Positions 25,623 through 35,904 of a DNA stretch of 50,119 bases are shown piece after piece; the first letter of the stretch is position 1, and each line of letters begins with the position of its first letter. Location of the stretch: positions 1-50,119 of the IMG/VR virus record IMGVR_UViG_3300020202_000015; one strand, given 5' to 3'. The notes under the pieces were generated by a model. The model was not told where the DNA came from. It made no database searches and was given only the letters and a program-made list of their open reading frames with translations. The position numbers and the translations under genes are program-made. Source of the DNA: a virus (Duplodnaviria > Caudoviricetes).

Positions 25623-27439
25623 TGCCGGATGCGTGGGATCAGTTCAAGGACGCCGAAACGGTCGGAGATGATCCATGGCAGCAGTTTCAGGATGCCGACT
25701 CACCGAAGCAGCGTGGCACAGGCGAGGAGCTGGGGAGGCAGGTTGGTCTTTCTGCGCGGTACGCTGTTGAAGGTATTCTCTCGTTGCCCGGCGTGCTCGC
25801 GAACGTCCCTGGTTATCTCGCGAACAAAGCACTGGAGTCAGTGGGGAGTGACTACCGATTCCCAGATCAAAACGCGCTCATCTCAGACACGCTGTCGAAG
25901 GCTGGATTACCTGAGCCAGAGAGTCGCACCGAGAGGCTCGTAGGTGATGCCTCGCGTGCGGTTGCCGGGGCTGGCAGCGTGCTGGCTGGAGCTCGTGTCG
26001 CTTCTCCAGCAATCCGGACTGTACTTCAAACGAGACCTGACTTGCAGGCTGCCGCGGCGGTTACGAGTGGTGCCGCGGCAGGAACCGTGAGGGAGGAGGG
26101 CGGCGGCCAAGGAATGCAACTTGCCGCCGGCATAATCGGCGGTGTCGTTGGTGGCGGAGCTCCTTCGGTGGCTGCCGGCACAGCGCGCGGGCTCGGACGT
26201 GCGGCTACCACCATAACTGATTCAGGCCGCAGGGCTCTTGCTGGTCGAGCACTGAACATGGCGGCATCCAATTCGGAGCGCGCACTTCAGAATCTCGAAG
26301 GTGCAACAGAGATTGTTCCTGGATCGGTCCCAACAACTGGTCAAGCAGCGCAAGATGCAGGGCTCGCGTTCTTCGAGAATCGCATGCGAGCCCTCGGGGA
26401 TTCAAGGTTCGGCAATCGCCTGTCGTCGCAGAACGCAGCTCGTCAAACTTTGCTCGACACGGTCGCAGACGGGGGCCTGCCGCCTCGCGTGCAGGAGCTC
26501 ATCGCTACGCGCGAGAAGTTCACTGCCGGGCAGCGCGCTCGAGCCTTTAAGCAAGCGGAAGGGAAGGCCGTCAACACTCAGCGGGTGCTCGACGACATTG
26601 ACTCTCTGCTCGCAGTTCCCGACAACGCCGGAGAATCTGTGCAACGCGCACTCAAGGCGGTCAGAGCGCAGGTCGAAGGCAAAACGGACGCGCGCGCTCT
26701 CTACGCTGTTCGCAAAGAGATCAACCGTATTCTCGAAGGCCGCTACGTCAATGCTGACGAGTCGGTCCTTCAATATGCTGGCGGGCAGCTTGCGTCCGTT
26801 AAGCAGTCCATCGACAACGCGATTGCAGAGATCGCCCCGAGCTGGAAGACGTACTTGCAGCGCTACGCCAAGCTCTCTGAGCCGATTAATCGAGCACAGA
26901 AGATCGGCGAGATCCGGCAGAACACTTCGCTTGCTGCTCCGGATGTCGAGACGGGACGCGATTTCATCTCTCAGCCGAAGTGGCGAAACGTGGTTGCGCG
27001 CAATCGCGAAGAGCTCGCAGAGACGCTGACGCCGGAGCAGATGAAAAAGCTGGACCTGGTGACGGCGGACTTGGACCGAGGCGCTGCTGCGACCAATTCC
27101 TCCAGTATCAAGTTGCCTGGCTCAGATACCGCGGCGAACCTCGTGACGTCTGGGCAGATTTCAGTTGCAAACATCATCGGTCGCACGCTGGGCATCGATG
27201 CAAGCAACCTACCACCTGCTATTCGCACGGCTACGCGTCCGCTTGCTTGGGTCTACAAGCTCAACGACGAGGCTGTTCGAGAACTGATCGTGGACGCAAT
27301 GCTTGACCCGAAGCTAGCAGCGCAACTGATGCGCGAAGGAACTCCTGAGAACGTGCAAGCCTTCGCTGCATCGTTGACAGATCACGCTAAGGCGATTGGC
27401 GTAGGCGCAGCCTCAGGCTCGCAGGATCTGACTCCATAG
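25622..27439 (+). CDS. large DNA ejection protein
   Basis: N-terminal D.WDQF.D repeats, Ala/Gly-rich helical protein, GSDTA.NL, followed by a terminator. Confidence 0.7.
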   Translation: MPDAWDQFKDAETVGDDPWQQFQDADSPKQRGTGEELGRQVGLSARYAVEGILSLPGVLANVPGYLANKALESVGSDYRFPDQNALISDTLSKAGLPEPESRTERLVGDASRAVAGAGSVLAGARVASPAIRTVLQTRPDLQAAAAVTSGAAAGTVREEGGGQGMQLAAGIIGGVVGGGAPSVAAGTARGLGRAATTITDSGRRALAGRALNMAASNSERALQNLEGATEIVPGSVPTTGQAAQDAGLAFFENRMRALGDSRFGNRLSSQNAARQTLLDTVADGGLPPRVQELIATREKFTAGQRARAFKQAEGKAVNTQRVLDDIDSLLAVPDNAGESVQRALKAVRAQVEGKTDARALYAVRKEINRILEGRYVNADESVLQYAGGQLASVKQSIDNAIAEIAPSWKTYLQRYAKLSEPINRAQKIGEIRQNTSLAAPDVETGRDFISQPKWRNVVARNREELAETLTPEQMKKLDLVTADLDRGAAATNSSSIKLPGSDTAANLVTSGQISVANIIGRTLGIDASNLPPAIRTATRPLAWVYKLNDEAVRELIVDAMLDPKLAAQLMREGTPENVQAFAASLTDHAKAIGVGAASGSQDLTP

Positions 27440-27464
27440 CGCATCAACTGCTGACTTCCACCAG

Positions 27465-27487
27465 AACCCGCCTAGTGCGGGTTTTTT
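27465..27487 (+). terminator. intrinsic terminator
   Basis: AACCCGC-ctagt-GCGGGTT-TTTT. Confidence 0.8.
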
Positions 27488-27506
27488 CGTTATAGGGCTC
27501 GACTAA

Positions 27507-29315
27507 ATGGCTTTCCCGGTCATCAACCCGATCTTGCAGTTCTTCGACAACTCGGGCCAAGTGCTGAGTGGTGGGCTTCTGTACACCTATTCACCGGGCA
27601 CGACCACGCCGAAGACGACATACACGGACGAGAACCTTTCGGTTCCCAACTCGAATCCGATCGTTCTGGACTCCGCAGGTCGCTGCACGATCTTTCTAAC
27701 TGATGCCGAGGAGTATAAGTTCGTTCTCCAGACATCTGCCGGTGTCACGCTGAGAACGGTTGACGAGGTCAAGAGTCCCGCCAGCATCACTCAAGCGGTC
27801 GTCGGCGCGGCGCTCTACCCTCGCACGGCGGAGGAGATTGCCGCAGGGATAACGCCCACCAACTACTACTATCAGACGGGGCATGTGTATCGATACGGGA
27901 CGAACTCCACGCCCGGAACGACCGACATGTCGACGCCTTTGCAGCGTGCGATCGACAGCATTCCTGCCGGTGGGACGGTTTACCTTCCCGCTGCACTGCT
28001 GAGCATCGGGTCGACCAATATCACGATTACGAAGTCGCTCACGATTCAGGGTGAGGGCGGGCGCGAGAACTTCGACAATTCCTGGGACAACGGCGGCGGC
28101 TCGCGCATCCATTACAAGGGGCTGACTGGCGACGCTATCTCCATCTCTCCACCGAACTCGACGAACAGCCGAATCAAGGTGATCCTGCGAAACTTCGTTC
28201 TACGTGGCGCCCGTGTGTCTCCAGGCTCCGCGACGTCTGGACGTGGGATTGTCATCGATGGCAGGCAGCTCGGCGGGACCGCTATTCACCTGCACCGCGA
28301 AAACGTCTACGTCGCCGAGGCCAAGGACGAGGGATGGTATATCACCGGTGCCGTGTATGGCGGATCGGCTCTCAATTGGGGCGCCTACGACTGCGGCAAG
28401 AACGGAATCCGAGATCTGACGGCCGGCAGTGATCCCATCGGCGAAGAGGTGTGGGTACAGACCCGCATCTTCGACAACGGCGCTGACGGAACCGGTGATG
28501 AGAAAGCAGGGTTGCGCAGGAATCCAGGCGCTACGAGCAACGTCATGCACGGCCTTTCTTGCTCAAACAACTCTGGACCTGGCGCCATCCTTCAGGGCGG
28601 CAACTTTCAAGGCTCAGGCTGGCAGTTCGAGAGCAACGCTGGAACTAGTCAACTGTACCTCGGCTCTGCCGGTGGTGGCGCTGGGCTCACCAGCCTAGCC
28701 GTTACAGGGATTGCATTCTCCCCCGGAAGTTCATACACGGGAGATCTCATCAACATCACGAGCGATGCCAGTAACGTAAAGATCATCGGCGTCTACTTCG
28801 GCGATACGCTCGGCGGCGGTGGGAACGATGTGCGTTGTGCCGGCAGTAGCTGTTCCATCGCTGGCATCACCGGAACGCACACGTTCACCCACACCACGAC
28901 GGCGACAGATGCATTCTACGAGGGCGTGACCCCGCATTCATTCACGCCATCGCTGAGGTTCGGCGGGGCGACGACCGGCATCACGTACACGACGCAGGTC
29001 GGCCGCTATCTCAAAGTCGGCAATGCGATCGACTTCACGATCTATATCGTTCTGAGCGCGAAAGGTTCAGCGACTGGAGCCGCGGTCATCGAGGGCTTGC
29101 CGATCGCGTCGGCCAATATCACCAACCTGATTCATTCCGTCTCGGTCACCGGTGACACGCTTGTTAACACCGTAGACGTATTGGCCGGCAGAGTGCTGCC
29201 GAACAGCACAGGTATCTTGTTGTATCGATACTTCGATGGATCGTTAACGGCGCTGGCGGATACTGACTTTAACAACACTTCGTCGCTGTCAATCTCCGGC
29301 CGAATCTTTGTTTGA
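27507..29315 (+). CDS. tailspike with beta-helix depolymerase-like domain
   Basis: N-terminal virion-binding domain (QFFD.SG..L.GG.LYTY..GTTTPK.TY.D...NPIVLD.AGR), D...LQRAID...GGTVYLP pectate-lyase-like start. Confidence 0.85.
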   Translation: MAFPVINPILQFFDNSGQVLSGGLLYTYSPGTTTPKTTYTDENLSVPNSNPIVLDSAGRCTIFLTDAEEYKFVLQTSAGVTLRTVDEVKSPASITQAVVGAALYPRTAEEIAAGITPTNYYYQTGHVYRYGTNSTPGTTDMSTPLQRAIDSIPAGGTVYLPAALLSIGSTNITITKSLTIQGEGGRENFDNSWDNGGGSRIHYKGLTGDAISISPPNSTNSRIKVILRNFVLRGARVSPGSATSGRGIVIDGRQLGGTAIHLHRENVYVAEAKDEGWYITGAVYGGSALNWGAYDCGKNGIRDLTAGSDPIGEEVWVQTRIFDNGADGTGDEKAGLRRNPGATSNVMHGLSCSNNSGPGAILQGGNFQGSGWQFESNAGTSQLYLGSAGGGAGLTSLAVTGIAFSPGSSYTGDLINITSDASNVKIIGVYFGDTLGGGGNDVRCAGSSCSIAGITGTHTFTHTTTATDAFYEGVTPHSFTPSLRFGGATTGITYTTQVGRYLKVGNAIDFTIYIVLSAKGSATGAAVIEGLPIASANITNLIHSVSVTGDTLVNTVDVLAGRVLPNSTGILLYRYFDGSLTALADTDFNNTSSLSISGRIFV

Positions 29316-30047
29316 GATCACGATGTTCGCGCAGCATGGCAGTACGTGTTGCAGCACGCGGGCCTTGCGCAGCACTCGGTAGTACGCGCCGGCTGCGAAC
29401 GATCGCCGGATGATGGAAGGATCGTAGTCCACGCGCACAGCCAGTTGAGCGGTGCGCGCTTGTTGTCTCAGCCGAGAAGGCACGAGCAAGTCCTCAGGTA
29501 CATGGGGTCGCTTGGCGTTGACTCGCTTAAGTGCGATCGGATACAGCCAGCGCTCGCACGTAGGCTCATAGAAGTAGATGCAGACGCCTTCGGACTTGAG
29601 AATGCGCGCGAGCTCAATAAGCGTGCGCTGCTGGTTGCTGAAATGGTGCGCTGACGCAAAGCAGAACGCCATGTCGATGGAATGGTCCGGCTCTCTCGTT
29701 GCATAGCTGTTGCAGGCGTACACCTCATCCGGCGATGCGCCGAAAATCGGCTGCCAACGGTGCACTGACTCAAGCGCGTACTGCGATATGTCGGTCGCGA
29801 TGACGTGTGAGTTCGGGAAGTTGCGCTTCACCAGGCATGAAGCCCAACCGTGCCCGGCTCCGAGCTCGAGTATTCGACCGTTCTTCGGGAAGTAGTTTCG
29901 GTACCTGCCGAGCAGATCAAGGAAGACCTCGGCGTCCTTCACCTTGTTGATGATTGCATCGAGTGATGTTGCGCCTGGACTTTGGTGCTCTGACGTGCGC
30001 CAGAACTCGATCTCGATTCGCTCCCGCTCTTGTTCTGGAAAAATCAT
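29289..30047 (-). CDS. class I SAM-dependent methyltransferase (moron)
   Basis: RILELGAGHG motif I, ATDIS, AHHF, ELARILK..G...FYEP; start uncertain (ORF open to 30176). Confidence 0.85.
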   Translation of the reverse strand: MIFPEQERERIEIEFWRTSEHQSPGATSLDAIINKVKDAEVFLDLLGRYRNYFPKNGRILELGAGHGWASCLVKRNFPNSHVIATDISQYALESVHRWQPIFGASPDEVYACNSYATREPDHSIDMAFCFASAHHFSNQQRTLIELARILKSEGVCIYFYEPTCERWLYPIALKRVNAKRPHVPEDLLVPSRLRQQARTAQLAVRVDYDPSIIRRSFAAGAYYRVLRKARVLQHVLPCCANIVISNKDSAGD

Positions 30048-30258
30048 GCGCCTAAACCTAGCACACGCAGCCCTGCTGCTGCTATTGGCCGGGTGTGTCC
30101 GTCCGTGGGACATCCAGCCAGAGATCAAGCCACAAAAGCTCATCGCCTTCTGTGAAGGAACCGCCAGTCGCATCAAGACGCGCTGCGATCGCGTGACCTA
30201 TCAGACGGACGACCAAGTGCGCCAGGTGATCCGCGAACTCGAGAGGGCCGGGCTGTGA
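30046..30258 (+). CDS. small lipoprotein
   Basis: MRLNLAHAALLLLLAGC lipobox; GTGA coupling to the next gene. Confidence 0.55.
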   Translation: MRLNLAHAALLLLLAGCVRPWDIQPEIKPQKLIAFCEGTASRIKTRCDRVTYQTDDQVRQVIRELERAGL

Positions 30259-30467
30259 TCGAGCGCGATATCGGGCGGCATGACGAGGCGATTGAGACTC
30301 TGAAAAACGAGGTCAGCGCCTTGCGCACTGATATCGCAGAGATCAAGTCCATTCTGGCTAGCGCGAGGGGAGGCTGGAGAACGCTCTTGGCAGTTGGCGG
30401 GATCGCTGGCGCAGTCGGCGCAGCGATCTTTAAGTTCATCGGAACTGTGAAGGGCGGCGGGTTGTGA
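30255..30467 (+). CDS. putative holin
   Basis: Coiled coil plus one C-terminal TM segment, directly before the endolysin. Confidence 0.55.
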   Translation: MIERDIGRHDEAIETLKNEVSALRTDIAEIKSILASARGGWRTLLAVGGIAGAVGAAIFKFIGTVKGGGL

Positions 30468-30949
30468 GCGACTACGGTTTGGACGTTGCCCAGCTTCGGC
30501 TGAACGTCATCCGGCCGGTTCTTGTTCGGTTAGACCTTCACACCCCTGCCGCCGAAAACCTCGTCCTCGGGACCGCTCTGCATGAGAGCCATGCGCGGTA
30601 TATCAGGCAGATCAAGGGCCCGGCGATGGGGATCTACCAGATGGAGCCTGGCACCCATTACGACCTGCACCACAACTTTCTGCGGTTCAACACGCCGTTG
30701 AAGATCCGCGTCAACCAGTACGCAGGCTTCTTCAGTGGCGACATGCCCGATCCGGCCGAGCTCATCGGGAACCTGTACTACGCGACGGCGATGTGTCGCA
30801 TCCACTACCGCAGGCTTAAGGCTCCGCTGCCCACGAACGAGCCGTATGCGCTCGCTCAGTACTGGAAGGACTTCTACAACACGAGACTCGGCAAGGGAAC
30901 CGTCGAGCAGGCTTTGCCACACTTCACGAGGGCTTTCGCGAATGAGTAA
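30464..30949 (+). CDS. endolysin (lysozyme-like fold)
   Basis: LVLGTA.HES...Y.RQ..GPA.GIYQMEP.T..D...YWK..YNT..GKG. Confidence 0.75.
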   Translation: MSDYGLDVAQLRLNVIRPVLVRLDLHTPAAENLVLGTALHESHARYIRQIKGPAMGIYQMEPGTHYDLHHNFLRFNTPLKIRVNQYAGFFSGDMPDPAELIGNLYYATAMCRIHYRRLKAPLPTNEPYALAQYWKDFYNTRLGKGTVEQALPHFTRAFANE

Positions 30950-31361
30950 TTCTGTTGCCATTTGTTTGCTTCTGGTCTCGCTTCTACTCGGCTGCAAGAC
31001 GCTGGAGAAGCATCCCGCGACCTCCAGCATCGTCATTCAGGCGGTCACGCTCAAGGTCATCGAGGAAAGCGACGACCGGGCGGCTCAGGCCCGCAAGATC
31101 ATCGCTGCCGCGGAGGACGCCCGAGCATTGCTCGACTTCGAGGGCGTCAGTGTCGAGTCGTTGGTCGCTAGGGTGAGGGAGCGCATCGCTGCGTCTGACG
31201 CCGAGCTCTCCGAGAAAGTCGCCCTGAACGGCCTACTGACGGCGCTAGAGGCCGAAGTGCGCGGTCGCATCGATGCGGGAACGCTCGACCCGGCCGAGAA
31301 GCAGACGATCAATCGCGTCCTTTCGCTCGTCATCACTGCCGCACAGGCGTACGCCGGCTAA
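30942..31361 (+). CDS. lipoprotein, possible spanin component
   Basis: LLLGC lipobox, helical, follows the endolysin. Confidence 0.55.
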   Translation: MSNSVAICLLLVSLLLGCKTLEKHPATSSIVIQAVTLKVIEESDDRAAQARKIIAAAEDARALLDFEGVSVESLVARVRERIAASDAELSEKVALNGLLTALEAEVRGRIDAGTLDPAEKQTINRVLSLVITAAQAYAG

Positions 31362-31696
31362 TGTTCCTGACTCCGCTCGATCTCCGGGCAGACAAGCCTG
31401 GTCATTGGGTATTGCTTCGAGAGTTGATCTGGGACGACGGCGTGCGCATCGTAGTTCCGGCTGGGTTCGTCACCGACCTAGCGAGCATCCCGAGAGCCTT
31501 TCGCTGGCTGCTCCAGCAGAACGGGGCTTCTCGTAAGGCAGCCGTTCTTCACGACTTCCTGTATCGAACGCATCGCATGACCCGGAAGGATTCTGATGCC
31601 ATGTTCAAGAAGGCTCTCGCGGCGGAAGGTGTGAATCCCGTAGGTGGCTGGCTCTACTGGGCCGGCGTTCGAGTTGGCGGCTGGATGGCGTTCTGA
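31361..31696 (+). CDS. DUF1353 family protein
   Basis: VPAGFVTDLASIPR, AAVLHDFLY, VRVGGW. Confidence 0.85.
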   Translation: MFLTPLDLRADKPGHWVLLRELIWDDGVRIVVPAGFVTDLASIPRAFRWLLQQNGASRKAAVLHDFLYRTHRMTRKDSDAMFKKALAAEGVNPVGGWLYWAGVRVGGWMAF

Positions 31697-32004
31697 TGAA
31701 GAGGGTGCCGAAGCAGTTCTCATTGCTCGGCCACACCATCACCGTCCGGATTGTGCCGAAACGAGACTGGGATGCGCTGCTTGATGAATGCGAGGACATG
31801 GAGGAGGGGGATCTGGGCTACTGGATCCCCGCCGATAACCTGATCGTCCTCTTGCGCCAGCCGAAGTCGCAGCTTCTGCACACGTTCTATCACGAGCTGA
31901 TGCACGCAGTTCTGTACTACATGAACAGTGACATGTGGACGGACGAGATCTTTGTCGACAACGCAGCGGGCCTCTTCGCGCAGGCGATGGACACGGCCGA
32001 ATGA
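31696..32004 (+). CDS. HExxH metallopeptidase-like protein
   Basis: TFYHELMHAVL...DE.FVD. Confidence 0.75.
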   Translation: MKRVPKQFSLLGHTITVRIVPKRDWDALLDECEDMEEGDLGYWIPADNLIVLLRQPKSQLLHTFYHELMHAVLYYMNSDMWTDEIFVDNAAGLFAQAMDTAE

Positions 32005-32765
32005 CGCGGCACCTGGTCATACCAGACACGCAGATCAGACCGGGAGTCGATACAAAACACATTGATTGGGCAGCGCAGGCGATTGTCGAGTACCTGCCGG
32101 AGGTCATCGTGATCCTCGGCGACTGGTGGGACTTCCACAGTCTCAACGGGCACGAGGAGAAGGGATCAGCTGAGATGGAGAACAGCCGCTACAAGGATGA
32201 CCTAGACGTCGGCAACGAGGCTTTCAGGCGGCTTTGTGCTCCGATGAATGCGGAGATCCTGCGCCGACGCACGTCGCATAAGAAGCGCTGGGAGCCTCGC
32301 AAGGTCTTCGTCGACGGCAACCACGAGTACCGCGCAGATCGCGTCGCCAAGAACGACCCGAAGTGGCAAGGCATCATCGGCAGCCACAACTGCGAGACGC
32401 TGGACTTCGAGCGGCATCCGTTCTTGGAGGTCGTGGTGATCGACGGGATTCGCTACTCGCACTACTTCTCCAACGTCAACTCATCCAAGCCGATCGGTGG
32501 CTCGATCGACAACAGGCTCAACCGCATCGGCGAATCGTTTATCCAGGGGCATGAGCAGGGCTTCCTGTACGGCAACCGAACGTTCCCGACCGGTCGTGTG
32601 AAGCATGGCCTGGTGGCGGGCTCCTTCTACACGCATGACGAAGGCTATAAAGGCCGCCAGGGAAATGGGCACTGGCGAGGAATCATCGTGCTGAACGAAG
32701 TCAACGATGGAGCCTATGACGTCATGCCGCTATCAATGTCGTACCTCGCAAGGAAGTTCGGTTAA
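32001..32765 (+). CDS. calcineurin-like metallophosphoesterase
   Basis: HLVIPDTQ, GDWWD, GNHE, YSHY, QGHEQ. Confidence 0.9.
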   Translation: MTRHLVIPDTQIRPGVDTKHIDWAAQAIVEYLPEVIVILGDWWDFHSLNGHEEKGSAEMENSRYKDDLDVGNEAFRRLCAPMNAEILRRRTSHKKRWEPRKVFVDGNHEYRADRVAKNDPKWQGIIGSHNCETLDFERHPFLEVVVIDGIRYSHYFSNVNSSKPIGGSIDNRLNRIGESFIQGHEQGFLYGNRTFPTGRVKHGLVAGSFYTHDEGYKGRQGNGHWRGIIVLNEVNDGAYDVMPLSMSYLARKFG

Positions 32766-32916
32766 TGGACATCGACGCCCTCAAGCTCTATTACGAGTGG
32801 GCTCGACAGCTACCTACGGACGGCCAGAAAGCCGACGCTGCGCTAGAGCTTTGTCACCAGCTCATCCTCGAGCTTGCAAACCACGTATACGACTACCATC
32901 GGACTCCGCCCGAATC

Positions 32917-33810
32917 TTAGACTCGCTTCAGTCCTCCGGCCATCGCCACAGTTCGCAGCAGCATCTTGAATGCTGCCTGTTCTGGCAGAGCTTCCAATCC
33001 GTGGCGCCAGGATTCTCTAAACTGGCGTCGGTCCGCATGGACGCGTGCGAGAGCTACCAGAGTCTCCGCCGAAAGCTTGTCGAGCTCGCGCTGGTGGACC
33101 GGCCTAGTTTCTGACGCTCTCAGCATGCGCTGAGCAATCAGCCAATGCGTGAGCATCCTGAGCATGTCACCGCTGATGTTCGAGCCGTGAACTCGCCGTT
33201 TCGCGCCCACCAGGTTCAAGAAGCCAACATCCCAACGCTTGCTCACCAAGTATGCGAAGTGCACATCCTCGCCAATCGTGACCTCGGTCGTGAAGCCGGG
33301 AACGCGGGTTAGGACCTCACGGCGGATCATCATCGAGCTCGGCAGGGCGAAGTTCTCGCGCAGCAGCAAGAGGGATGCGGCGGCCCCGTCCATACTGAAT
33401 GACGGTTCATGGCGCAGGCTCAGTGTTGGGCAGGTCTGCCAATGGCTTCTATCTTCACCCTCAGCGCTGAAGTTGACGAAGTTCGTGACGACCAGTCCGA
33501 CCTCAGGATGCTCGTCCAGGAACTGCGCCTGTAGCCGCAGTCGTTGCGGATGACTGATGTCATCGGCGTCTAGGAAGGCAATGTACGGTTGGGTGCAAAG
33601 CCGCAAGCCCACATTGCGAGTGCCGCCGGGAGTTCCTTGATTCGGCTGGCGGACGTAGCGCACCGGCCATTTGGAAACACGGTCTGCGGTGTCATCCGTT
33701 GAGCCGTCGTCTACAACGATAATCTCGCTCGCCTGATCGATGACGCTCGCCAAAGCTTCATCTATGAAGCGCCCGTGCTGGTATGCGGGTATGACCACGC
33801 TGGTGGACAT
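32917..33810 (-). CDS. glycosyltransferase family 2 (moron)
   Basis: SVVIPAY, IIVVDDGSTD, RNVG, FLDADD, GED; GAGGA RBS. Confidence 0.92.
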   Translation of the reverse strand: MSTSVVIPAYQHGRFIDEALASVIDQASEIIVVDDGSTDDTADRVSKWPVRYVRQPNQGTPGGTRNVGLRLCTQPYIAFLDADDISHPQRLRLQAQFLDEHPEVGLVVTNFVNFSAEGEDRSHWQTCPTLSLRHEPSFSMDGAAASLLLLRENFALPSSMMIRREVLTRVPGFTTEVTIGEDVHFAYLVSKRWDVGFLNLVGAKRRVHGSNISGDMLRMLTHWLIAQRMLRASETRPVHQRELDKLSAETLVALARVHADRRQFRESWRHGLEALPEQAAFKMLLRTVAMAGGLKRV

Positions 33811-34050
33811 CGTCCATCCTCTTATTGTTCATTCCTTTCTTCGTCTGGCCGTATTTTACTCCGGCCCGCGCCTCACTGTGTGCGCGAGTTCACTTATCAT
33901 CTGGATGTTGACAGCTCTACGCATCCTGCCCACAGCGCTTGCAGATCCGGATCAGCTTATCGTCCAAGTCGTACGCCTCGACCGGATCGTGAAATCCCAG
34001 GGCGCAGCGAATGCGCCAGTAGATCCGTTCTAACTTGTACTCGATCCAGC

Positions 34051-34317
34051 TCACTTCCAGTGCTTCATCATGTCCATAGCACAGGTCGAGTCCTTCCATA
34101 ACGTGACGGCATAGACCTTCCTGTTCTTTTCCTTTCTCTGGTCGCAGCTTGTGCAGCGCAGGCGTGGTAACAGATCGCGCACGAGGAAGTCTGGGCCTAA
34201 TTGCTGCAACATCTCCTCCAAGTTGATCCGTCGAGTCAGCATGCATGGCTTGCAGCTCGCGCCGTAGTAGATCAGGTCAACGGCTTCGGCGAGCGTCAGG
34301 TCATCGGCTGACTTCAT
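34051..34317 (-). CDS. Zn-ribbon protein
   Basis: CKPC...RLRCTSC. Confidence 0.6.
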   Translation of the reverse strand: MKSADDLTLAEAVDLIYYGASCKPCMLTRRINLEEMLQQLGPDFLVRDLLPRLRCTSCDQRKEKNRKVYAVTLWKDSTCAMDMMKHWK

Positions 34318-35693
34318 ACTCGAGCGCGTATAGCGGAGGTTTATACGCTAGGGCGTATGAGCGTCTGTCTTCTGAGGCAGCCGCTGCGAACACTTTGGGC
34401 AACGGTCACGGGTGCTTCCCCTTGTCAGTGGACCGGTCCACCCGAGTTTCCGAGCCTCCTGGCGCAGAGTGTCTTCTGCGTCCCATAGAGCGCCTGCGGA
34501 TTGATCTGCTCGCCGCCGAGCGTCGCTCCGCAGCTATCGCAAAGCAGGCCGATGCCAGTCGGAAAGCCTTCGATTCCGCCGACGGTCGCTGTTTTCACTT
34601 GCCCGCTCCTGTCTGGTCGTAGACTCGTTCCAGGAATGCGTTGATCGCGAACACGTCTCCCTCCACGCTGAACCAGGCTAGGCCAGCGGAGGCCGCGAAG
34701 AAACGCAGGCCCAGGTCGTCCGCTATCGAGCGTAGGTCGTCTGGGGATTCGCCAGTCAACCAGCCTCTGAGCTCAGCCATCGCTCGCTCCTGTGTTGGAT
34801 ACTTCGTCCTTGAACAGAGGCAGGTCGAGAAACTCGGCGATTTTGGCCTCCATCTCGATCGCCGCTTCCCGTCGCGGGTCAAGATCCGGCAGCCGCCGCA
34901 ACAGTATGAAGTCGCGGCTGATCTGCTCCAGCAGGAAATGAGCGTCGAAGAGCATGCGCTCGGTAGGCGTCATGTCTGGTCTCTTCCCGTGCTCGATCAT
35001 TCCGGCGCTCCTGTGTTGGCGGATGCTCGCTTGACGCGGTCGACGACATGTCGCATGTGGACAATGCCACACGTCCGAAGCTCTGCATCTATGCATTGAC
35101 GCACCAGAAGCACGTCGCCACGCGCAAGGGCAATGAGGAGTCCGTACGCACGCTCAATCAAGGGATCGCGTAGGTTCATGGGTTGCCTGTACTGCTGCCG
35201 CCCCCGTCGGACAAGTGACCGAGAAACGACGTTTGTATGCCGTTCTTCAGCGCCCAATCATTCATTCCGGCAAGACGGCCCATCTGTCGAGCTAGCAGAA
35301 TCATGGCTTCCTCCTTCGAGGGACTTGACTTGAGGTTGAGTTCCCGCTGCTCCTCGAAGAACGGAGGCCCGGCCACGGCGAGCCGATATGCGGCATCCCA
35401 TGCTTCCTGCGTTTCAGATGTCGGCATCTTTTTGTACACAGCTCACTCCTGATCAGTCTTTCACCCAGCCATTTGGAGGCCCATCGACCCAGCATTCCCG
35501 CGATCGACTCCAGTGCGACACGATGTCCATGTCGTCTGTTCGCGCTATGTGACACCACGCAGCTCCGCCATCGGCGCTGCACTGAGCCTCGTGCAGCGTG
35601 TCGAATACTCCAGAGCAGTCCATGGCCCCTCCATGAGTCTCGTGCTCCCAAGCCTCAAATAGGGCGTACTTCGTCACTGCGTCTCCGAATGGC

Positions 35694-35904
35694 AGGCTGG
35701 CAAGTAATTGGAAAGAAGCATGGCACAAGTACCTGATCTGTATAATAGGCGTCAGTCGTCATTAGCCGACTTAAGCCACTGAATTCCTTGAAGTAGAAGA
35801 TCCTTGACATGGTAGGGGTCACAGGTTCGATCCCTGTCGCGCCCACCAACAACTTCAAGCACTTGCGTTTCACGTGGAACCGAGGCTGGAAAGTAATTGG
35901 AAAG
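35694..35904 (+). repeat. direct repeats flanking attP (putative integrase arm sites)
   Basis: AGGCTGG(C/A)AAGTAATTGGAAAG at 35694-35715 and 35883-35904. Confidence 0.7.

Noticed and set aside
31696-32765. HExxH protein plus phosphoesterase as a novel defence or toxin system
   Set aside because: This pair is, to my knowledge, a common neighbour of lysis genes in environmental phages; nothing here indicates a distinct system.
35802-35848. Functional tRNA-Val gene
   Set aside because: Only the anticodon loop to CCA is present; no D arm or 5' acceptor strand. Treated as attP.
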